Below the pieces are notes generated by a model. That model had not been told where the DNA came from. It ran no database searches and saw only the letters and a program-made list of their open reading frames with translations. The position numbers and the translations under genes are program-made. A DNA stretch of 12,571 bases from Nitrospira japonica (GTDB lineage: Bacteria > Nitrospirota > Thermodesulfovibrionia > Thermodesulfovibrionales > SM23-35). The first letter of the stretch is position 1. Every line of letters begins with the position of its first letter. Shown here piece after piece: positions 7,891-12,571 of this stretch. The stretch covers positions 1-12,571 of the forward strand of contig DYFC01000002.1 of NCBI GenBank assembly GCA_020725385.1, written 5' to 3'.

Positions 7891-8507
7891 CTAAACTGAC
7901 CTCTATAGACTTCTTCAAAAAGTTCCTCTGAAGATTTAATTGAAGGATTTCTTTTAATAGCATCTTCTATCATTTTACGGGCTTCAGGATGTTTATGTCC
8001 GAGTTGCTTAACAAGAACATCCTCAACTTCTTTTATAAAATCTTCCGGGATTTCCGGGTAGGACGGAACTTCCTTAATTAACGCATACTTAGCTACTTTC
8101 CCTTTTAAAGTAGCAACTATTTTTTCAGCTTTTCTTTCGCCAATTCCTTTTAATTGTTTTAATGATTTTGTATCTTTGTCTTCAATGAATCTCGCGATTT
8201 CTCTAACTGGTTTAATTAAAGCCTTTACAGCAGCAGAGGGACCTATGTCTTCAACAGAAATAAAAAGCTCAAAAAATTCTTTATCAAGAGAGTTGGGGAA
8301 TCCTACAAGAACAGGCTTTGGCTGTCTTTCTGTCTGATTATATGAAATATACAATTCGAGTTCATCATTTTCATTTAATTTGCTTTTTATTTCTTTCATA
8401 GCGTAAGAGGGTATAAGTACATCATAACCTATATTATTTACTATTAAAGTAATTCTATCATCATTAGCAAAATTGATTTTGGCTTTGCCTTTAAGATATG
8501 TAATCAT
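7887..8507 (-). CDS. ruvA: Holliday junction branch migration protein RuvA
   Basis: MITYLKG start, VNNIGYDV, HhH motifs DIGPSAA and [13 protein letters not shown]-terminal LVKQLG. ATGA overlaps with both ruvC and ruvB. Confidence 0.93.
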   Translation of the reverse strand: MITYLKGKAKINFANDDRITLIVNNIGYDVLIPSYAMKEIKSKLNENDELELYISYNQTERQPKPVLVGFPNSLDKEFFELFISVEDIGPSAAVKALIKPVREIARFIEDKDTKSLKQLKGIGERKAEKIVATLKGKVAKYALIKEVPSYPEIPEDFIKEVEDVLVKQLGHKHPEARKMIEDAIKRNPSIKSSEELFEEVYRGQFR

Positions 8508-8989
8508 ATTATTTTCCTGTTAGGATTCCTATAATAAGCTGTAATGGCAGCAGCCAGAGCATCGGATGCATGAAAAGATTTAATTGCTTTGATTCCAAGA
8601 ATATTGGTGACAGCATCACGTAACTGATATTTATTCGCTGCACCATATCCGGCAAGGGAATTTTTTATTTCTCTTGGTGTGATTTCTATCATTTTTAAAT
8701 TATTCTGGAAAACTGTTAAATATATGATACCTAAAACTCCTCCAAGTATAATACCAGCACGGGGATACCTTAATAAAGAGTAGGCATTCTCAACCGCAAT
8801 AAATTCAGGTTTAATTGCTTTTATGATTTTCAATAAATCGATATGTATCTGAAAAAGTCTTTTTGAAATATGCTCACCTGCTTGAGTTTTAATTATCCCG
8901 CATCTTATGAGCAAAGGTTTAAATTTTTCTATTTTTATCGCTCCAAAACCTGTTGTTGCAAGTCCGGGGTCAATTCCAAGAATAATCAT
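8504..8989 (-). CDS. ruvC: Crossover junction endodeoxyribonuclease RuvC
   Basis: ILGIDPG, IAVE, TPREIK, GYGAANK, HASDALAAA; the catalytic D/E/H/D positions are present. Confidence 0.95.
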   Translation of the reverse strand: MIILGIDPGLATTGFGAIKIEKFKPLLIRCGIIKTQAGEHISKRLFQIHIDLLKIIKAIKPEFIAVENAYSLLRYPRAGIILGGVLGIIYLTVFQNNLKMIEITPREIKNSLAGYGAANKYQLRDAVTNILGIKAIKSFHASDALAAAITAYYRNPNRKII

Positions 8990-8997
8990 ATGAAAAA

Positions 8998-9585
8998 TTA
9001 TTTTTTACGGGGTATTTCAAAAAGAATCTCTTCTACCATCTGACAAATTACATGACCTATTGTTATATGGGTTTCCTGTATTCGTGGTGTGTTATCCGAG
9101 GGAACTATAAAAGAATAGTTTGCTTTTGAAGCAAATTTTTCACCTTTTATACCGGTAAGCGCAATAGTAATCAATTTTTTCTTCTTGGCAACTTCCATGG
9201 CTTTAAGGACATTTGGAGAATTTCCGCTTGTGCTGATAGCAAAAATAATATCTCCTTCCTGTGCAAGGGCTTTTAATTGTTTTGCAAATATTTCTGAATA
9301 ATCGTAATCATTAGCTATTGCAGTAATAACAGCCATATCAGTATTAAGTGCTATTGCGGGAAGTCCGGGCCGTTCTCTTTTAAACTTATTAACAAATTCT
9401 GCGGCTATATGGGAAGCATCTGTTGAGCTTCCACCATTTCCGAAAAGAATGAGTTTTGCTCCTTCATTAAAAGCATTAGCTATAACTTTTGCGACTTCAA
9501 ATATCTTATCGATATTTTTGTCATCTATAAATTTCTGTTTAACCTGTATGCTTTCTTCAAATGACCTAATAATTTTATCTTTCAT
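8998..9585 (-). CDS. gmhA: D-sedoheptulose-7-phosphate isomerase GmhA
   Basis: FGNGGS, HIAAEF, TAIANDY, ISTSGNSPN, TPRIQETHITIGH. Start moved to the ATG at 9585 (MKDKII) because the longer ORF start lies inside the promoter region. Confidence 0.92.
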   Translation of the reverse strand: MKDKIIRSFEESIQVKQKFIDDKNIDKIFEVAKVIANAFNEGAKLILFGNGGSSTDASHIAAEFVNKFKRERPGLPAIALNTDMAVITAIANDYDYSEIFAKQLKALAQEGDIIFAISTSGNSPNVLKAMEVAKKKKLITIALTGIKGEKFASKANYSFIVPSDNTPRIQETHITIGHVICQMVEEILFEIPRKK

Positions 9586-9588
9586 AAG

Positions 9589-9616
9589 TTGACAAATTTT
9601 TCCAGCTTGGTATGAT
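9589..9616 (+). promoter_or_regulatory. sigma70 promoter for the hybrid kinase
   Basis: TTGACA (9589-9594)-16 nt-TATGAT (9611-9616), with TG at 9608-9609 (extended -10). Confidence 0.7.
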
Positions 9617-9622
9617 TTAATT

Positions 9623-9651
9623 AGATTAATCAAATCGGTTTATTATGTCAA
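9623..9651 (-). promoter_or_regulatory. sigma70 promoter for the gmhA-ruvCAB cluster
   Basis: TTGACA (9651-9646)-17 nt-TAATCT (9628-9623). Predicted start about 30 nt before the gmhA ATG. Confidence 0.7.
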
Positions 9652-9734
9652 CCTTCCAGTTTATCAAAATGACTATTGTGGTGATTGAAGATTAGCAAGC
9701 CTGGAATAGGAATAGTTTTTGGAGAAATGGAAAA

Positions 9735-11351
9735 ATGAGAAAAGACCATGAAATAATTCAAGAACTAAAGAATAAGATAATTGACCTTGAAAATAAATTG
9801 AATAATGCAAAGAGACGAGAGTCAAAATTTGTTCAACTGTATGAAGAGTCGAGGAATATTTTTAATGCTACAGTAAACCCCATTTTTTTATTAGATACAG
9901 AACAAAATATAATTTCGGCAAATAAAGCCACATGCGATATTACCGGGATTTCTGAGGAAGGTTTAATTAGTAAAAAATGTTATGAAATAATGCATGGGAC
10001 AAATGCTCCACCCGAAGGATGTCCTTTTAAAAGACTATCAAAAACAAAAGGTCCCGAAATGAATGAAATGGAAATAGAAATGTTCGGAAGAATATTTCTT
10101 GTATCATGTACACCTATTTTTGATAAAGATGGAAACATTAAAAAAATAATTCATATCTCAACAGATATTACAGATAGAAAAAAAGTAGAGACTGAAAAAG
10201 CAGAGATTGAAATGAAATTAATTCAATCTCAAAAAATGGAAGCTATAGGACAACTCGCAGCAGGGATAGCACATGATTTTAATAATATACTTACAGCTAT
10301 CATCGCATACTCTCATTTTCTTAAATTAAAGATGAAAAATAATGTCAACCTTGTTACTTATGTTGATAATATACTTAGTTCATCAGAAAAAGCAGCAAAT
10401 CTTGTAAGAAATCTTTTAACATTAGGTAAAAAACAGGCGTTAAGCTTAAGAATAGTAGATATAAATAATATAATCCAAAATATTGAAGATATTCTTATAA
10501 AAATTTTAGGAGAAAATATTCAATTAAAGATTAAAAAAGGTAGAAAAGAAGGAATTTTTGTACTTGCGGATTACGCTCTGTTAGAGCAGGCATTGTTTAA
10601 TCTTGCTATAAATGCAAGGGATGCTATGCCGGATGGAGGCACATTAACTATATCAAGTGATATTATAACTCCTGATAATGATTTTATAAAAAAGTATGAA
10701 GAATTTAAAGAACAGAAACTGGGTGTTATTTCCATGGCTGACACAGGGGTTGGAATAGAAAAAAAATATCAGGATAGAATATTTGAACCTTTTTTTACTA
10801 CTAAAGAAAAAGGGAAAAGCGCAGGACTTGGACTTGCAATGGTATATGGAATTGTTAAACATCATGGAGGATGTATAGAAATTGATAGCGAAAAAGGGAA
10901 AGGGACTGAAATTAAAATTTATCTTCCTTTGACAGACAAAAAACCTGAAAAACTTAAATCAGAAGATTATTTATCAATAAAAAGAGGTAAAGAGACAATC
11001 TTACTGGCAGAGGATGATCTTGAAGTGCGCTCAAGCATTAGTTCTATACTTGAAGAATATGGTTATAAGGTTATAGAAGCAGTTGATGGTGAAGATATGG
11101 TAAAAAAGTTTAAAGAGAATAAAGAAAGTATTCATTTATTGATTATAGACTTTATAATGCCTAAGAAAGGCGGGAAAGAAGCTTATGATGAGATAATTAA
11201 AATTAAACAGGATATTAAAGCAATTTTTATAAGTGGATATAAACCTGAGATTGTAATGAAAAAAAGCATTTCTAATGAAAAATTAGATTTTATTTTAAAA
11301 CCTGTTTCTCCTATAATTTTATTGAGGAAAATACGTCAAATGCTTGATTGA
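9735..11351 (+). CDS. Cytoplasmic hybrid sensor histidine kinase (coiled coil-PAS-HisKA-HATPase-REC; CckA-like architecture)
   Basis: PAS ending HISTDITDRK; H-box LAAGIAHDFNNILT; N-box NLAINARDAM; DTGVGI; EPFFTTK; GLGL; receiver motifs LLAEDD, IIDFIMP, FISGY, ILKP. No TM segment evident. Confidence 0.95.
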   Translation: MRKDHEIIQELKNKIIDLENKLNNAKRRESKFVQLYEESRNIFNATVNPIFLLDTEQNIISANKATCDITGISEEGLISKKCYEIMHGTNAPPEGCPFKRLSKTKGPEMNEMEIEMFGRIFLVSCTPIFDKDGNIKKIIHISTDITDRKKVETEKAEIEMKLIQSQKMEAIGQLAAGIAHDFNNILTAIIAYSHFLKLKMKNNVNLVTYVDNILSSSEKAANLVRNLLTLGKKQALSLRIVDINNIIQNIEDILIKILGENIQLKIKKGRKEGIFVLADYALLEQALFNLAINARDAMPDGGTLTISSDIITPDNDFIKKYEEFKEQKLGVISMADTGVGIEKKYQDRIFEPFFTTKEKGKSAGLGLAMVYGIVKHHGGCIEIDSEKGKGTEIKIYLPLTDKKPEKLKSEDYLSIKRGKETILLAEDDLEVRSSISSILEEYGYKVIEAVDGEDMVKKFKENKESIHLLIIDFIMPKKGGKEAYDEIIKIKQDIKAIFISGYKPEIVMKKSISNEKLDFILKPVSPIILLRKIRQMLD

Positions 11352-11387
11352 ATTGAAACAAAAATATCTTAAATAATTAATTTGTTC

Positions 11388-11417
11388 TTGACCTTTATAA
11401 TGTTCTTATGCAATACT
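11388..11417 (+). promoter_or_regulatory. Candidate sigma70 promoter for the csp gene
   Basis: TTGACC (11388-11393)-18 nt-AATACT (11412-11417), preceded by TGc. A TATAAT at 11396-11401 is an alternative -10 without a good -35. Confidence 0.5.
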
Positions 11418-11532
11418 AACAGCGAAGTTTCGGAAGTTTTGTTGTATGCTGCTTCAGGAATTTAGGCTAAGAAGCTTCTATGGCATTACTCCGTAACATT
11501 AATTTTTCTATTTTTTAAGGAGGTGTAGTTGT

Positions 11533-11733
11533 ATGGTAAAAGGAACCGTAAAATGGTTCAATGAGTCCAAAGGATTTGGATTCATAACAAAGGAGGATGG
11601 TGGTGACGTTTTCGTGCATTATTCTGCTATCCAGGGAAATGGATTCAAAACTCTTGCTGAAGGGCAGGCAGTTAGTTTTGATGTAGTTGATGGGCCTAAA
11701 GGACCTAAAGCAGAGAACGTAAATAAAATTTAA
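11533..11733 (+). CDS. Cold-shock protein (CspA family)
   Basis: GTVKWFN, RNP1 KGFGFI, RNP2 DVFVHYSAI, 66 aa. Strong SD AAGGAGGT at 11517-11524. The specific paralog cannot be assigned. Confidence 0.98.
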   Translation: MVKGTVKWFNESKGFGFITKEDGGDVFVHYSAIQGNGFKTLAEGQAVSFDVVDGPKGPKAENVNKI

Positions 11734-11741
11734 CCTCTAAC

Positions 11742-11774
11742 ATGCGGGTTCTATTTATATAGAACCCGCATTTT
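11742..11774 (+). terminator. Rho-independent terminator after csp
   Basis: Perfect 13-bp stem ATGCGGGTTCTAT / ATAGAACCCGCAT with a TTAT loop, followed by a short T run, 8 nt after the stop codon. Confidence 0.85.
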
Positions 11775-11812
11775 CATATATAAACCTACCGGATTTACAT
11801 TTCAATAAGATT

Positions 11813-12322
11813 ATGGATAATGAAGAATATCTTGAAGTAGTTAACCATAAAGGTGAAGTTATAGGACATTTTCCACGCTCGGTTGTGCATGGAAATCCAT
11901 CTTTGATGCACAAAGTAGTACATGTTCTGGTATTTGATAAAAATGGAAACTTACTTCTACAGAAGCGCTCGATGAAAAAAGATGTTGCACCTGGAAAATG
12001 GGATACATCAGTGGGTGGCCATGTAGGTATTGGAGAAGACTTAATTATTAGTTCCAAAAGGGAAATGGAAGAGGAACTCGGTTTAAACGGTGTAGAAACA
12101 GAATATCTTTATACTTATATTCACAGAAATAGTTACGAGACAGAACTTGTAACGACCTTTCGATGTGTATGCGATGGTAATATATCTTTCAATAAAGATG
12201 AAATAGATGAAGTAAAATTCTGGAGCATCGAAGATATTAAAGCCGCAATTGGCAAGCAGATTTTAAGTGAGAACTTCGAGAATGAGTTTTTAAATTACAT
12301 TCAGCATATTGAAATTCAATAA
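11813..12322 (+). CDS. Nudix hydrolase (IDI-like/YfcD-like subfamily)
   Basis: Nudix box GGHVGIGEDLIISSKREMEEELGL; LLLQKRS..K...PGKWD; N-terminal His residues (VHGN, MHKVVH). Confidence 0.9.
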   Translation: MDNEEYLEVVNHKGEVIGHFPRSVVHGNPSLMHKVVHVLVFDKNGNLLLQKRSMKKDVAPGKWDTSVGGHVGIGEDLIISSKREMEEELGLNGVETEYLYTYIHRNSYETELVTTFRCVCDGNISFNKDEIDEVKFWSIEDIKAAIGKQILSENFENEFLNYIQHIEIQ

Positions 12323-12399
12323 ATTTCCTTCTGAATATAAAATATTATCCTGATCTTATTTATTTCTACGTTCGTGGTATATTTGGTATGTATATTTTT

Positions 12400-12462
12400 G
12401 TTCTCCTTTTCTTTAGAATTGTTTATAGCTTATTGATTCTAATACGAAAGAAGAACTTTTTT
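12400..12462 (+). terminator. Long imperfect hairpin followed by T6; possible terminator for the Nudix gene
   Basis: Left arm GTTCTCCTTTTCTTTAGAAT (12400-12419) pairs with ATTCTAATACGAAAGAAGAAC (12436-12456) at 17 Watson-Crick positions by manual alignment, and TTTTTT follows at 12457-12462. Confidence 0.45.
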
Positions 12463-12571
12463 ATTCCTTTGTTATCCTAACTGCATTTTCCCTTTAACCT
12501 GTTGGTGATGTCCTAACCTGAATGAGCTTTTAGCCCTGTTGCCTCACATAAAAATCTAAACGAAAAGTTTC

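Noticed and set aside
8998-9585. DnaA initiator-associating protein DiaA instead of GmhA
   Set aside because: The protein retains the GmhA catalytic/metal residues (Glu in HIAAEF and the late His in HITIGH) that DiaA lacks.
10653-12057. Minus-strand ORFs 10653-10865 and 11755-12057
   Set aside because: They are antisense shadows of the kinase and Nudix genes with no family motifs.
11813-12322. Type 1 isopentenyl-diphosphate isomerase (idi)
   Set aside because: The catalytic Cys of the WTNxxCGHP motif is absent (WDTSVGGHV), and a full Nudix box is present.
12388-12480. 30-aa hydrophobic plus-strand ORF (MYIFVLLFFRIVYSLLILIRKKNFFIPLLS) as a type I toxin-like peptide
   Set aside because: It has no SD, its hydrophobicity follows from the T-rich composition, and it overlaps the putative terminator hairpin. 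It cannot be supported without Ribo-seq.
12475-12540. CRISPR array or mini-array
   Set aside because: The repeat units are only about 10 nt and degenerate, the spacers are too short, and there are no cas genes in the window.
12513-12571. 3' end of a minus-strand CDS entering from the right edge
   Set aside because: Two frames are open for only 13 and 18 codons before a stop (ETFRLDFYVRQQG and NFSFRFLCEATGLKAHSG), which is too little to call.

Overview
AT-rich bacterial chromosomal window made up mostly of housekeeping genes. The gene content resembles Nitrospirota (Thermodesulfovibrionia) or Desulfobacterota; this is an unverified impression. Bases 1-9585 form a tightly packed minus-strand cluster: gmhA, ruvC, ruvA, ruvB, a small TPR protein, queH, a DUF2905-like protein, SpoIID/LytB, queA, a SPOR protein, phoH, a 7TM-HD (PgpH-like) protein, ybeY, and the 5' end of a tRNA (probably Ala). 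Divergently on the plus strand lie a PAS hybrid histidine kinase, a cold-shock protein with a strong terminator, and a Nudix hydrolase, followed by about 250 nt with no long ORF. I see no mobile element, CRISPR array or defence system, and no clearly new multi-gene system. The best second-look items are: (1) phoH, whose conserved N-terminal ~60 codons have no ATG/GTG/TTG and which has a TTA at the expected start position; (2) an interlocked bidirectional sigma70 promoter between gmhA and the kinase; (3) a PgpH-like protein lacking the extracellular domain; (4) a GGA-rich tail region with ~18-nt periodic repeats that might be a regulatory RNA.
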